A DNA stretch of 64,000 nt, taken from positions 15,694 to 79,693 of the forward strand of contig MFWV01000007.1 of the NCBI GenBank assembly GCA_001787405.1. Reading direction: 5' to 3'. The DNA is from Candidatus Pacebacteria bacterium RIFOXYA1_FULL_38_18. GTDB lineage: Bacteria > Patescibacteriota > Microgenomatia > UBA1400 > PJMF01. Under the pieces are notes generated by a model, which was given only the letters and a program-made list of their open reading frames with translations, was not told the origin of the DNA and searched no databases. The position numbers and the translations under genes were made by a program. Shown one piece after another: positions 32,183 to 41,807 of this stretch. How positions within the stretch are numbered: position 1 is the stretch's first letter; each line of letters starts with the position of its first letter.

Positions 32183-34219
32183 CTAGAAACTCGGTTCGAT
32201 TTCTCGCCAACTCATTTGAGCAGACTTAATTTGTCTGGGAGCATTGATGATAAAGTCAGGGCGGAAAATAAAGACTTCGGTGGCAGCAGCGCTATTTAGT
32301 TCTGGACTCACTCCGTCATCAAAATTCCTCTGTAAATCTACTCCGTCCCATCCCACAAAAGTACCAGCCCCAATAAATTTTTTATCAGTGACTCCTGTTT
32401 GACCAGCAATGGTTATCAAACCATCAGCTACAAACACTCCCTCTACATTGGCCACATTGGCAGTAGCGGCATTGGTATAAATATTGTCATAACCTACATT
32501 GGCAGAAATAGTGAGATCTCCACGGACAACAAACATCAAGAAACCATCTCCTCCAGAAGCTACGGTAGTGAGTCTATTCTCTCCTCCTACCGTATCATCG
32601 ATAGTCAAATTACCATCTACAAAAACAATGATTTGTTCTGTATTGTTTAAATTCCAGGAATTGGTCTGATCAATATTTAAGTTTCCGGAATAAAGATAAA
32701 CTCCCAAATTGTCACTGCCGACAATGGGTTTTTGAAGATTGGTAAGAGTTTGAGCTGAAGCACCAAATTTATTGTAGAAATAGTCGTAGTTTTCCAAAGG
32801 TACTCTTACTCCCAAAGCCTGACCTTGAACAGCACTGCTTCGACCATCTACCTCATGGATATAGACTCCAGAACTGTCACTGGTCACGATTGCACCAGTA
32901 TTTACCAAGGGAAAACCAGCACTATCTACTGTGCCTGATGGATCACGCAACATCAAGGCAGGATTGCAAGTAGGCAGACTACAAGTAGCAAAAGGAATCT
33001 TGGATTGAATATTGTCTGAGGCCCAAGAACTGCCACCCAAAGTTTGGAACCAGGCAGAAGTTATTTCATTGCGTTTGACAAAGAAATTGATGAAACCCTG
33101 ATTTGGTTGTTGATTGGTATACAGACAGCGGAAGGGATTGGAAGGATCGGCATTACAAGCACACATCCAGGCATTGTTTGGATCTGCTGGTGGAAACTCT
33201 AGTTCCAGGGCAACGGTGTAATCACTATTACTGGTATTGGCGACAATAGAATAGGCAGTGTTGTTGATGATTTTGGATTGATTTTCTCCAGTCCGATTGA
33301 GAGTCAATAGACCATTAGTAATTGAAGCGGCAACTGCGGTGCTACCGGTACACAGATTATCTGTTCCGCCAATGCCTGAAGCAATGGCATTTTCATCCAT
33401 GTAAAAATTACCTCTAAATCTTTGCACTGGTGTAGGCGTAGGGGTGAGCGTGGGCACTATTGGTGCGGTTACGTATAAAATCTTATCGTCGTAGCACATC
33501 GACACCCCAGACGCATATACCCTAGCCCGCAAAGTTACGCTTCCGGAAGTATCTCCACTAGTAGCTACAGATTTCCACCCATCTGCTCTTACAGTATCAT
33601 CCAAAGGATCTAGTGTTAATGTGCCAACCCCAGCTATTTTTCGAAAAGTTACTTTGGTGGCAATCATATTGTTTTCATTTACCACCGCTATCAAGCTTTT
33701 TGTATCATTTTCTCCCGCCACAAAATCTCCTGTAAGCGCATTTAGTGTTACCGTACAACTAGGCGTGGTAGGTGTAGGCGTGGGTGTAGGCGTAGGTGTA
33801 GGCGTGGGTGTAGGCGTTCCCCCTCCTCCAGTGGGTGTGGGGGTGGGACAAGGAATAATCTGAAAGAGAGTGCTATCTGTCGTACACTCACAGTAGAGAA
33901 AGCCCGCATCATCACACTGATCAGCACACCAGGTATAAGTCCCCGCACAATTATTTCCTCCAAGAGGACAATTCTCACAGGAGATAGCACACTGGTAATC
34001 GCTGTTGCAGTAGGTGGTTTGACCCTGACAATCAGTAGCGCAACCCGTTCCAGCTGGAGCATAATAATCACACCCATATTCTCCTGGTGTAGTACAAATG
34101 TTTGGATCAGTAATAGTTGGATACACAGTTTGGGCAAGAGCCTGCTGGACAGAAGTAAACAGGAAAACAATAGCCAAGATCACTAGACTGAGTTTGGACA
34201 AAAATTTCATCCCACTCAT
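32183..34219 (-). CDS. Large secreted modular protein (Cys-rich domain, PT linkers, Ig-like domain, shared C-terminal domain), putative pilus adhesin
   Basis: Signal peptide, Cys-rich N-terminus, (PT)n linkers, C-terminus ending WREIEPSF. Confidence 0.6.
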   Translation of the reverse strand: MSGMKFLSKLSLVILAIVFLFTSVQQALAQTVYPTITDPNICTTPGEYGCDYYAPAGTGCATDCQGQTTYCNSDYQCAISCENCPLGGNNCAGTYTWCADQCDDAGFLYCECTTDSTLFQIIPCPTPTPTGGGGTPTPTPTPTPTPTPTPTTPSCTVTLNALTGDFVAGENDTKSLIAVVNENNMIATKVTFRKIAGVGTLTLDPLDDTVRADGWKSVATSGDTSGSVTLRARVYASGVSMCYDDKILYVTAPIVPTLTPTPTPVQRFRGNFYMDENAIASGIGGTDNLCTGSTAVAASITNGLLTLNRTGENQSKIINNTAYSIVANTSNSDYTVALELEFPPADPNNAWMCACNADPSNPFRCLYTNQQPNQGFINFFVKRNEITSAWFQTLGGSSWASDNIQSKIPFATCSLPTCNPALMLRDPSGTVDSAGFPLVNTGAIVTSDSSGVYIHEVDGRSSAVQGQALGVRVPLENYDYFYNKFGASAQTLTNLQKPIVGSDNLGVYLYSGNLNIDQTNSWNLNNTEQIIVFVDGNLTIDDTVGGENRLTTVASGGDGFLMFVVRGDLTISANVGYDNIYTNAATANVANVEGVFVADGLITIAGQTGVTDKKFIGAGTFVGWDGVDLQRNFDDGVSPELNSAAATEVFIFRPDFIINAPRQIKSAQMSWREIEPSF
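33771..33817. repeat. 12-bp tandem repeat encoding a Pro-Thr linker
   Basis: GGTGTAGGCGT(G/A) x4; same unit once more at 33429-33440. Confidence 0.85.
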
Positions 34220-34259
34220 TTAATCAGGTTAAAAGAGCAACTTCAAGCGTGATTGCTAG

Positions 34260-36098
34260 TTATTGCCAATAATCCATTGGAAATTGAGGTGTTGCTGCCA
34301 TTAATATTTCGTATTGAAGAGAGTTGATATCTTCTGGAGAGGCTGGCCCCACAAAACCCAATCCTCCAAGCTCTTTAATTTCAGGAAACTTGGTATTGAA
34401 TAGATCTACTAGATCGGGATTGCTAGCCAAAGGTCCCCCTTCTGAAGCATGATAAAGCTCGTCTGGGGCACTGGCTTCGGAAACGAAATCAGGACCGATG
34501 AACTGACCAGAAACTGAGCCGGTAAAATTACCATAGGCAACATAGGGCATTGGTCTGGCGGTCATAGAAAGACGATCTTCAGAATTATTAGTTTGACCTA
34601 GAAAGACCCCATAAACTAAATTCCTGGGAGTTTGATTGCCTGGTCTATAATCTTCTTCCCATGGCCACTCTGGTCCAAAAATATAGTGGAAGAGAACCGA
34701 GGTTTTACCATCGGGCATAAGCATTTGTTGGGTGCCAATGAGAGCCTCTTTGCCCTCTGGGGTAGTTGTTCTGCTAAAGTTTGTCCAGCGACGGGGATCA
34801 GTTTCATGGGTAATGATGTCTTTCATTGCAGTCCAAGCGTCGTCGTTTGTGCCATGAGTAATGCCGACGAGTTGAATAGTATAATCATATTGAATACCTG
34901 TACTCAAAACCCACCAAAGATCATCTAGCACCAGTGTCCCCTCGGGGAAGGGTTGGGCGACGAGAGCCTCAGAAATGAGTAGTCGGCCAGATTCGATGTC
35001 TGCCAAGTCGATTTCTGGGTAGTTTTCAGTTTCTCTGGCGTCAGTGAATATTTCCAGAGGAGCGACCCATTGACCGGTTCTTTCCAGGAAGAAGTAGATG
35101 ACTTCTCCCTCGGTGTTTTTGATGGTCAGGACATGTTCTACACCAGCCACGATGGTGTCTCTGGCTTCAAAAGCTTCCTGGGGGAAACTGAGTGTTTCTT
35201 GGTCTGCGGTGGTGATGGTGATGGTGGCTGCTTCGGTAGAGCGAATTACTACTTTGTTTTCTCGGTTGATGAGTTGGGTGCCGTCTTCTGTTGATTGAAT
35301 GGTGTAGCCTGCTTCTCTGAGAGCTGATTGTTGACTGGTGAAAGACTCTGGAGTGGCCGAGATTACTTCGGTGGGTTTGACGGTGGGAGTGGGAATCTGA
35401 TTAATGTCATCTGGATCTTCGTCATCAGGATTGGAAATATCAGGATCTTCATCTATGACAACGGCTGTGGGGTAGTTGTTATTGATTTCCGGTGGTGAAA
35501 CTTTACAAGAAACAGCAATAAGGGCCAAAAGAGCGGTAGCAGACAGACCAATTACTTTTTTGGTTTGATTACTACTATCATAATTTCTATTCTCCCAAAT
35601 CAATTGTAGTGCCTGTTTTTCTGCGTCTTTGGCTTTGAACTTGGCCACTGCTTTTTTGGTTTTATTGGCAAACCCTTTTTCCGGTAGATTATTTACTATC
35701 AAATGAAATCTAGCAGCTGTTTCTAGAGCTAAAGTTAACTGGGCGGATAAAGTCAATTCTTGAGGTTTGATTTCTTCAAATTTACTATCAGAAGCAATGC
35801 CTCGTATCAATCCTCTTCTGCTAACACGAAGAGTAATAGGATTTTTTTGGTTCGGTTCTGGAATTTTCTCAATCAGAGTGGCTAATTGTTCCACAGAAAG
35901 CCGATCAAGGTTGTCTATTTCAGCGGGAAAGACAAGCTTGCCGGCTTCGATCAGAGCTTTTACATATTTAGCAACAACTTCTTCTACCTGTTTTTTACCT
36001 TGGAAATCTTTAAGTTCAAAGTGATGCTGAACTTCAATAGGATCTGATTCGGCTTCAGGCGATTTAGGTGCGATAGAGTTTAACTCTTTTTCTGCCAT
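34260..36098 (-). CDS. Hypothetical single-pass membrane protein with internal lipobox-like segment
   Basis: 612-aa ORF; about 180-aa charged N-terminus, hydrophobic stretch ending LIAVSC, Asp/Pro/Thr linker, large C-terminal domain. Confidence 0.7.
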   Translation of the reverse strand: MAEKELNSIAPKSPEAESDPIEVQHHFELKDFQGKKQVEEVVAKYVKALIEAGKLVFPAEIDNLDRLSVEQLATLIEKIPEPNQKNPITLRVSRRGLIRGIASDSKFEEIKPQELTLSAQLTLALETAARFHLIVNNLPEKGFANKTKKAVAKFKAKDAEKQALQLIWENRNYDSSNQTKKVIGLSATALLALIAVSCKVSPPEINNNYPTAVVIDEDPDISNPDDEDPDDINQIPTPTVKPTEVISATPESFTSQQSALREAGYTIQSTEDGTQLINRENKVVIRSTEAATITITTADQETLSFPQEAFEARDTIVAGVEHVLTIKNTEGEVIYFFLERTGQWVAPLEIFTDARETENYPEIDLADIESGRLLISEALVAQPFPEGTLVLDDLWWVLSTGIQYDYTIQLVGITHGTNDDAWTAMKDIITHETDPRRWTNFSRTTTPEGKEALIGTQQMLMPDGKTSVLFHYIFGPEWPWEEDYRPGNQTPRNLVYGVFLGQTNNSEDRLSMTARPMPYVAYGNFTGSVSGQFIGPDFVSEASAPDELYHASEGGPLASNPDLVDLFNTKFPEIKELGGLGFVGPASPEDINSLQYEILMAATPQFPMDYWQ

Positions 36099-36144
36099 CT
36101 TTATCTAGTGGAAAGTATACCACTAGTGAGAAATTTGAGCAAAT

Positions 36145-36744
36145 TTATTGCCAGAATTGTCTAGTAACTTCAATGATGATTTGGTCAGCTATTTTATCAG
36201 GCACATCACGTACATCAGTGACATAAGAAATAGCTACACCATTACCGATTTCCATTTGGGTATAGGCAATGACAGAGGTTTTACCATCACTATTTAGAGT
36301 TACTCGCGTTTTTTCTAACTCGGCTTTGGTTAATTCAAAAACAACGGTTGTTTCTGGTGTGCCTTTGTTTAGTTCCAAAACTAGAGCAACATCGTCTGGA
36401 TTGGTAGCTTCTTGTGTGTACCAATTTGCAAGCAAACCACTGTAGGTAGTGCGCAGAGAGCCCATTACCAGCAGAGAACTTTTGGGGTCGGCATCAGATA
36501 ACTCTCCAGTTGTTTCAGCAACTTTTTGTTGATCTATCTTTACTCCTGGTATGAGACTAGTAGGTTGATTAGTTTTTTCTGCTTGTTGATTGTTTTTTCG
36601 TGAGATAGCTAGAGCTATCCAGACGCTGAAAATAATGACGGCTACGATAATGCCAGCAATCAAGATGGGTGATTTCCACTGAATTTCTTCATCTTCTTTA
36701 GTGGATTTTGGCAGAATTGGTTTGGAAAACACAGAATCAGTCAT
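36145..36744 (-). CDS. Hypothetical membrane-anchored protein
   Basis: 199-aa ORF with a single N-terminal TM helix. Confidence 0.7.
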   Translation of the reverse strand: MTDSVFSKPILPKSTKEDEEIQWKSPILIAGIIVAVIIFSVWIALAISRKNNQQAEKTNQPTSLIPGVKIDQQKVAETTGELSDADPKSSLLVMGSLRTTYSGLLANWYTQEATNPDDVALVLELNKGTPETTVVFELTKAELEKTRVTLNSDGKTSVIAYTQMEIGNGVAISYVTDVRDVPDKIADQIIIEVTRQFWQ

Positions 36745-36908
36745 GCGAGTGATTTGAAGTTGGTTGATTATTTGCTACTTTCACTAGTATAGCTATCTTT
36801 ATTTACGTTTGACAATAGTGGGTTGTCTGCCTTGCGTTTTCTCTTGCTCTTGGTTACAATCGCAAAGTTAGTGCAAAAAGAAAATAAAGAGATAAAAGAA
36901 AGAGAAAA

Positions 36909-37073
36909 ATGGCAGCAGTACCCAAAAATAAAATTACTAGAGCCGAGCGTGGCAAGCGTCGGGCCGGCAACAAACCAAAACTTAAGAAAGATCTCAACAC
37001 CAAAATGCCTTTACATAAAAAAGGTATTATGGCTTCTATTTTTAAAGCAACGGGAATGGATAAGGAAGAATAA
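36909..37073 (+). CDS. rpmF: 50S ribosomal protein bL32, divergent, without zinc ribbon (absent from the ORF track)
   Basis: Translated by hand: MAAVPKNKITRAERGKRRAGNKPKLKKDLNTKMPLHKKGIMASIFKATGMDKEE; AVPK.K....R.KRR motif; rpmF-nusB-acpP-rnc context. Confidence 0.85.
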   Translation: MAAVPKNKITRAERGKRRAGNKPKLKKDLNTKMPLHKKGIMASIFKATGMDKEE

Positions 37074-37136
37074 TTTGAAGTTGGTCAAAAAAGATACTGC
37101 TTGCATTTTTTCCACCTCTCCCCTACTGTGTAATTT

Positions 37137-37601
37137 ATGACTGACGCTATTGACCCCAGACATGAGAAACGCGTGCAATTGATGCAAACTTTGTTTGCGC
37201 TGATGTTTACCAAAGAAATCAAAATTCAAGATCAAGAAACTCCCAATATTGATGATCACAAAGAAGAAAGATTGGTAGGAGATGAAATTCAAGAAACTGC
37301 AGAACTACCATATTTTTCAGAAGCGCAAGCGATCTTGGATCAAATAGCACAAATTGATCAACAAATCATTGAACACGCCTCAGAAAGACCTCTGGCAGAA
37401 ATCAATCAAGTAGATTTGGCGATCATGCGTCTAATTATTTTTGAAGCCAATACCCAACAAACCCCCAAAAAAGTACTGGTTGACGAAGCCATAGAATTGG
37501 CCAAAGAATATGGTACTGATAGTTCATCAAAATTTGTGAATGGTGTATTGGGCAAAGTATTATTGGGTGAAAATAAAATTAAATTAGCAAAAAATAATTA
37601 A
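37137..37601 (+). CDS. nusB: Transcription antitermination factor NusB
   Basis: RHEKR...[37 protein letters not shown]. Confidence 0.93.
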   Translation: MTDAIDPRHEKRVQLMQTLFALMFTKEIKIQDQETPNIDDHKEERLVGDEIQETAELPYFSEAQAILDQIAQIDQQIIEHASERPLAEINQVDLAIMRLIIFEANTQQTPKKVLVDEAIELAKEYGTDSSSKFVNGVLGKVLLGENKIKLAKNN

Positions 37602-37631
37602 TAATAAAAAAATAATAAAAAAGCAAAAATT

Positions 37632-37895
37632 ATGCAAAATGAAATTTTTGAACAATTGAGAGAATTATTGGCGATGGCTACCGGTCATAATACCGAGGAA
37701 ATTTTTCCAGAAAGTCAGTTGGAAGTAGATTTGGGCATTAATTTGGAAGAAGATTTTGGTAGATTGCTGGCGATCATCAATCATGAATTTGGGATCGAGC
37801 TAGAAGCCATTCACGTACTCAATGAATTGGAAGAAGCAGAAGATACGGTGGAGCAATTGGCCAAATTAATCGAAGAAGAAGTAGAATTAGGCTAA
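37632..37895 (+). CDS. Acyl carrier protein homologue lacking the conserved Ser
   Basis: Acidic 87-aa protein with DLG, EFGIE and TVEQL ACP hallmarks, directly before rnc; DSL replaced by INLEED. Confidence 0.75.
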   Translation: MQNEIFEQLRELLAMATGHNTEEIFPESQLEVDLGINLEEDFGRLLAIINHEFGIELEAIHVLNELEEAEDTVEQLAKLIEEEVELG

Positions 37896-37922
37896 AGAGC
37901 AAAAATCCAAAGTTAATCAAAA

Positions 37923-38594
37923 ATGCTACCAAAATTTAAAAACAAACAATTACTGGCCACTGCCCTTTCTCATCGCAGTGCTTTCAATGAAACCGATTCG
38001 GGTACTAGTGCCTTGGAATCCTATGAACGCTTGGAGTTTTTGGGCGATGCTGTTTTGGAATTGGCAACTACGGAGTGGCTTTATAAAAAATATGCTACTG
38101 AACCAGAGGGAATCTTGACCGCCTATCGCAGTTCTTTGGTGAAAACCACTACCCTGGCAGAAACTGCCCGCGAACTTAAGTTGGGCGAGCAGATGTATAT
38201 GAGTCGTGGCGAAGAAGCAACTGGTGGTAGGAAAAATATTGGTTTATTGGCTGATGTTTTTGAGGCTGTGATTGGTGCTTTGTATTTGGATCAAGGTTTT
38301 GTGGCAGTCGAAAAATTTTTACATCAGCATCTTTTTCCCAAATTTGAAGAAATTAAAAAGAATAAACTTTATCGCGATCACAAGAGTTTCTATCAAGAAG
38401 TGATTCAAGCAGAGAGTTTGCCCACTCCCGTTTATGAAGTGGCTGAGGCTATTGGTCCAGATCACGACAAGGTTTTTACGGTCAATGTTTTGGTAAATGG
38501 GAAGATAACTGGTAGTGGCACTGGCAAAAGCAAACAAATAGCACAACAAGCAGCAGCCAGACAGGCGCTTGAGAAATTTGAAGAAGAAAGGTAG
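37923..38594 (+). CDS. rnc: Ribonuclease III
   Basis: ERLEFLGDAVL, ADVFEAVIGALYLD, dsRBD GPDHDKVF. Confidence 0.97.
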   Translation: MLPKFKNKQLLATALSHRSAFNETDSGTSALESYERLEFLGDAVLELATTEWLYKKYATEPEGILTAYRSSLVKTTTLAETARELKLGEQMYMSRGEEATGGRKNIGLLADVFEAVIGALYLDQGFVAVEKFLHQHLFPKFEEIKKNKLYRDHKSFYQEVIQAESLPTPVYEVAEAIGPDHDKVFTVNVLVNGKITGSGTGKSKQIAQQAAARQALEKFEEER

Positions 38595-38649
38595 AATCAC
38601 CCCCTAATATATTTAATAGTCTAAAGTTTGAACCTAAATAGAAAAAAAT

Positions 38650-39156
38650 ATGCTCAAAATTAAATTAGCTCACTTTGGTAAACGCAATCAATCACATTTT
38701 CGAATCGTGGTTAATGAAGCCAGAGATAAACGCGATGGTAGTTACGTGGCTCTTTTGGGTCATTATATTCCTGCCCAAGAACCTAAAATCTTGGAAATTG
38801 ACGTCAAAGCTTATCAAGCCTGGATAGCCAAAGGTGCTCAACCCACCGAAACCGTGGCCAATCTTTTTGAGCGTTACCAGTCCAAAAATCCTTTTCCTGC
38901 CAAGCCCAAAAAACCTTCTCGTAAAACTTTGGCAAAAGCCGAAGCTGCCAAAAAAGCCAAAGCAGAAGAAAAACCAGCCGAAGAAATTAAAATCGAGCAA
39001 CCAGCCGAGAAAACTCCTGTTGAAGAAACACCCACTGAAGAAAAGCCCGTTGAAGAAGCAACCGTTGAACAAGCACCAGCCGAAGAAAAGCCCGTTGAAG
39101 CAAAACCAGTTGAAGAAACACCCACTGAAGTAGTACCAGTAACCGAAGAAAAATGA
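38650..39156 (+). CDS. rpsP: 30S ribosomal protein S16 with long Glu/Pro/Lys-rich repetitive tail
   Basis: LKIKL..FGKR, FRIVV, RDG, LGHY, WIAKGAQPTETV. Confidence 0.95.
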   Translation: MLKIKLAHFGKRNQSHFRIVVNEARDKRDGSYVALLGHYIPAQEPKILEIDVKAYQAWIAKGAQPTETVANLFERYQSKNPFPAKPKKPSRKTLAKAEAAKKAKAEEKPAEEIKIEQPAEKTPVEETPTEEKPVEEATVEQAPAEEKPVEAKPVEETPTEVVPVTEEK

Positions 39157-39383
39157 AAAATTTTGTTGAATATCTGCTCGTTCGCTTAGTTGATCACCCC
39201 GATGATTTAGTTGTAGAAGAAGAACAGACAGACGAAGGTTTGGTTGTTCATATCAAAGTACACGCTGATGATATGGGTCGCGTAATTGGTCGCAGTGGCA
39301 ACGTAATCAAAGCGATTCGCAAGTTGGTGCAAGTCAAGGCAGCCAAAGATGATTTGCAGGTCAGAGTTTTACTAGACGAATAA
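39153..39383 (+). CDS. khpA: KH-domain RNA-binding protein
   Basis: LVDHPD, DMGRVIGRSGNVIKAIR; follows rpsP. Confidence 0.92.
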   Translation: MKNFVEYLLVRLVDHPDDLVVEEEQTDEGLVVHIKVHADDMGRVIGRSGNVIKAIRKLVQVKAAKDDLQVRVLLDE

Positions 39384-40208
39384 TTATTCTGTAAGTTCTT
39401 CCAAGCCCAATGTTTCCTCCAAATTCGTAACAGTCAGTCCTTGAATACCAAACAGATCATCATTGTTACCGCTGATAATCGTTGTTTGTCCTTCAATTTT
39501 GGTTGGTGAAAATTCCAAAATAGCTTGAAACACTCTTTTTTCTTCTTCAGAAATAATGGGGAGAGCAGAAGACAGGGTAGAAGAGATGGGCTTGGTGTAG
39601 TAATAAGCGCTCAGTGACAAATCAGCTCTAGTGGCATTTTCAATCAAAGGGTCATTGACCTTGCGATCAATAGTCAAACTATTGATAGTGGTCAAAGGAG
39701 AAACTCTTTCGATCAGATCCATAAACATTCTCACTTGTGGCAACGGACCAACAACGGTTAATTCCAAGTCCAATTGGTCATAATCAGATTTAATCTTTTT
39801 TTGATTGGCAGTTTTATCTACTTGAGTGCTATCGCTGGCAATTTCTCCAGGATTTATCTCAAATTCTGTAATAGAAACTCTTGTTTCTCCAGCTACGCTA
39901 TTCAAGTTATTCAAAACTTCCAAAAGTGGTTTGTGGGAAGGCAAAACACGATTAATTTGTTCTGCTTGAGCGAATTCTGGAGAAAATTTTAATTGTGCCA
40001 GTTCTTGAACTTTACGATCCAGTTGGGCAATTTTGTCATTTTCTTTTTTCAATTGGCGGTTGGTTGCCAGAGCATTGGTAGTTTGATTATAAGTGAGAAT
40101 AATCAGAATGAGAGTTGTCAAACCAAAAGCAATAGCCAGAAGCAAATCTCTTCTGGTATTGAGCAATAATTGCCAGTTAAAATCGCTGAAGCGATTAAGC
40201 TTTGCCAT
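39384..40208 (-). CDS. pilO: PilO-like pilus alignment protein
   Basis: TM plus coiled coil, LP, F...IE...PL..I..L; third gene of pilM-N-O. Confidence 0.75.
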   Translation of the reverse strand: MAKLNRFSDFNWQLLLNTRRDLLLAIAFGLTTLILIILTYNQTTNALATNRQLKKENDKIAQLDRKVQELAQLKFSPEFAQAEQINRVLPSHKPLLEVLNNLNSVAGETRVSITEFEINPGEIASDSTQVDKTANQKKIKSDYDQLDLELTVVGPLPQVRMFMDLIERVSPLTTINSLTIDRKVNDPLIENATRADLSLSAYYYTKPISSTLSSALPIISEEEKRVFQAILEFSPTKIEGQTTIISGNNDDLFGIQGLTVTNLEETLGLEELTE

Positions 40209-40211
40209 AGC

Positions 40212-40766
40212 TTATTTATCTCTTTCTTTTTTCAGTTCTACCGCAATATCCAAACTATAATTGCCAGTTTCATCTCGTCTCAAGCCACTTTGAGAAACAG
40301 AACTAAAAACATTTTTTACTTCATCAGATTCAAGTACATTCAGAGTATTTTCAAAGGCAAAAACATCCTGACTGGTTAAACGTAGCGATAGCTCATTTCC
40401 CTCTCCTCCATAATTCATGCCTGATAAAAATACTTGATCACCAAAAACATTGGAGAAAAAATCAATGGCTTGTTGTTTATTACTCCGACTTTCATAAATT
40501 TCTCTGACACTTTTCAATTTTTGAGAAAAAATCAAGAAACTCACTTCCACTGGTTCTTCATCGGCAATTTGTGTTGTAAGAGCTTGTTGGGTGGCATTTG
40601 CTTGTCGCAAACGGGTGGTAAGAAAAATATTGGCCCCGATCGCCAAAACAAAGAAACTTAGAGCAATAATAAAAGCGATCGTGGCATAACGACGATAAAG
40701 AGTGTCTTGTTTATTGGCTTTGCCCAAAGAAGCTCTGCGTCCAGTAAGGAAATTAATCTCCGACAT
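40212..40766 (-). CDS. pilN: PilN-like pilus alignment protein
   Basis: N-terminal INFL (INLLP-like) PilM-binding motif, TM, follows pilM. Confidence 0.75.
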   Translation of the reverse strand: MSEINFLTGRRASLGKANKQDTLYRRYATIAFIIALSFFVLAIGANIFLTTRLRQANATQQALTTQIADEEPVEVSFLIFSQKLKSVREIYESRSNKQQAIDFFSNVFGDQVFLSGMNYGGEGNELSLRLTSQDVFAFENTLNVLESDEVKNVFSSVSQSGLRRDETGNYSLDIAVELKKERDK

Positions 40767-40769
40767 ATT

Positions 40770-41795
40770 TTAAGCCTCCCTCATTAGCAATCCCATGCAA
40801 ACGGAAAAAGCTAATTGATTTTGAGTGGGGATTTCTCCGGTGGCAGTAGCAAAAGGAGCTGCAAGTAAAATTTCCAGGTTGAGGGTACTAGTAAGATGTT
40901 CTACTAAACCTGGTAATTGTGCCGATCCGCCGGTTAAAACCAAGCGCTGAATTGTATTTTGAGGAGCTTGGTCGGCAAAATAACGCAAAGCTTTTTGAAT
41001 TTCTCCAGCTAGATTATTGATAGTGGGCAACAAGGCATTTTTTACTTTACCTTCAAATTGATCTGCGTTGAGTCCATAGGCGCGCTTGTATTGTTCAGCT
41101 TGTTGTAAATCTAGGCCTACTGTTTGTTGCAAAGTATTGGTCAGAAGATTGCCGACTCCTTTGTGAGTAAAAACAAACTGAATTTCTCCGTTTGCTACCA
41201 CCATGATATCCATATTGGTTGCTCCCAAATTAATAACCATGGTGGCTGGTTCTTGTTGATCAATACCTAAAGAGCGCAGTACCGAGAGCATTTGAGTTTC
41301 CAAAAAACTTGGCTCAATACCAGCATTGGTAAATAAAGCAAGATAGCGTTCTACCAAAGGTTTGCGAGTGCCAGTTAATAAGACACGCATTTGTGCTTGT
41401 TCATTATTTTTTTGAGAAAGACTGGATTTTGGCGGACGATATAAAACTTTGTATTGTAAAGATAATTCTTCTTTGGGAATAGGAATGTGTTGTTCTGCTT
41501 GCCAACCAATTGCAGAAGCAAGCTCGGCATCGGTGAGAAAAGGAATGGTGATTACTTTGGTAGAGACTGCAGTTTCTGGCAGACTCAAACGAATGTCCGT
41601 ATGGGGTAATTTATTTTCAAAAATGGTGTTATTGATTAGTTCGCTGAGTTGTTCTGTTTGCAAATCATCAGTGGGCATGGCCACTCCAAAATTATTTGGT
41701 ATTTCTATGGTACGCAAAATATTGGGAGTTCCATCAGGATCGGCAGCGATCGCTTTTATTGCATAAGTTCCAATGTCGATAGCTGTGGCAGGCAT
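40770..41795 (-). CDS. pilM: Type IV pilus assembly protein PilM (actin-like)
   Basis: AIDIGTYAIK, AEQHIP, LTGGSAQLPGL, GLLMR. Confidence 0.9.
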   Translation of the reverse strand: MPATAIDIGTYAIKAIAADPDGTPNILRTIEIPNNFGVAMPTDDLQTEQLSELINNTIFENKLPHTDIRLSLPETAVSTKVITIPFLTDAELASAIGWQAEQHIPIPKEELSLQYKVLYRPPKSSLSQKNNEQAQMRVLLTGTRKPLVERYLALFTNAGIEPSFLETQMLSVLRSLGIDQQEPATMVINLGATNMDIMVVANGEIQFVFTHKGVGNLLTNTLQQTVGLDLQQAEQYKRAYGLNADQFEGKVKNALLPTINNLAGEIQKALRYFADQAPQNTIQRLVLTGGSAQLPGLVEHLTSTLNLEILLAAPFATATGEIPTQNQLAFSVCMGLLMREA

Positions 41796-41807
41796 GATAG
41801 TTTTTCT

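Noticed and set aside
30807-34219. Diversity-generating retroelement template/variable repeat pair between the paralogues
   Set aside because: Similarity is protein-level and diverged at all bases, not adenine-specific; no reverse transcriptase in the window
36823-37292. Track ORFs 36823-37140 (+) and 37011-37292 (-)
   Set aside because: Shadow frames of rpmF and nusB
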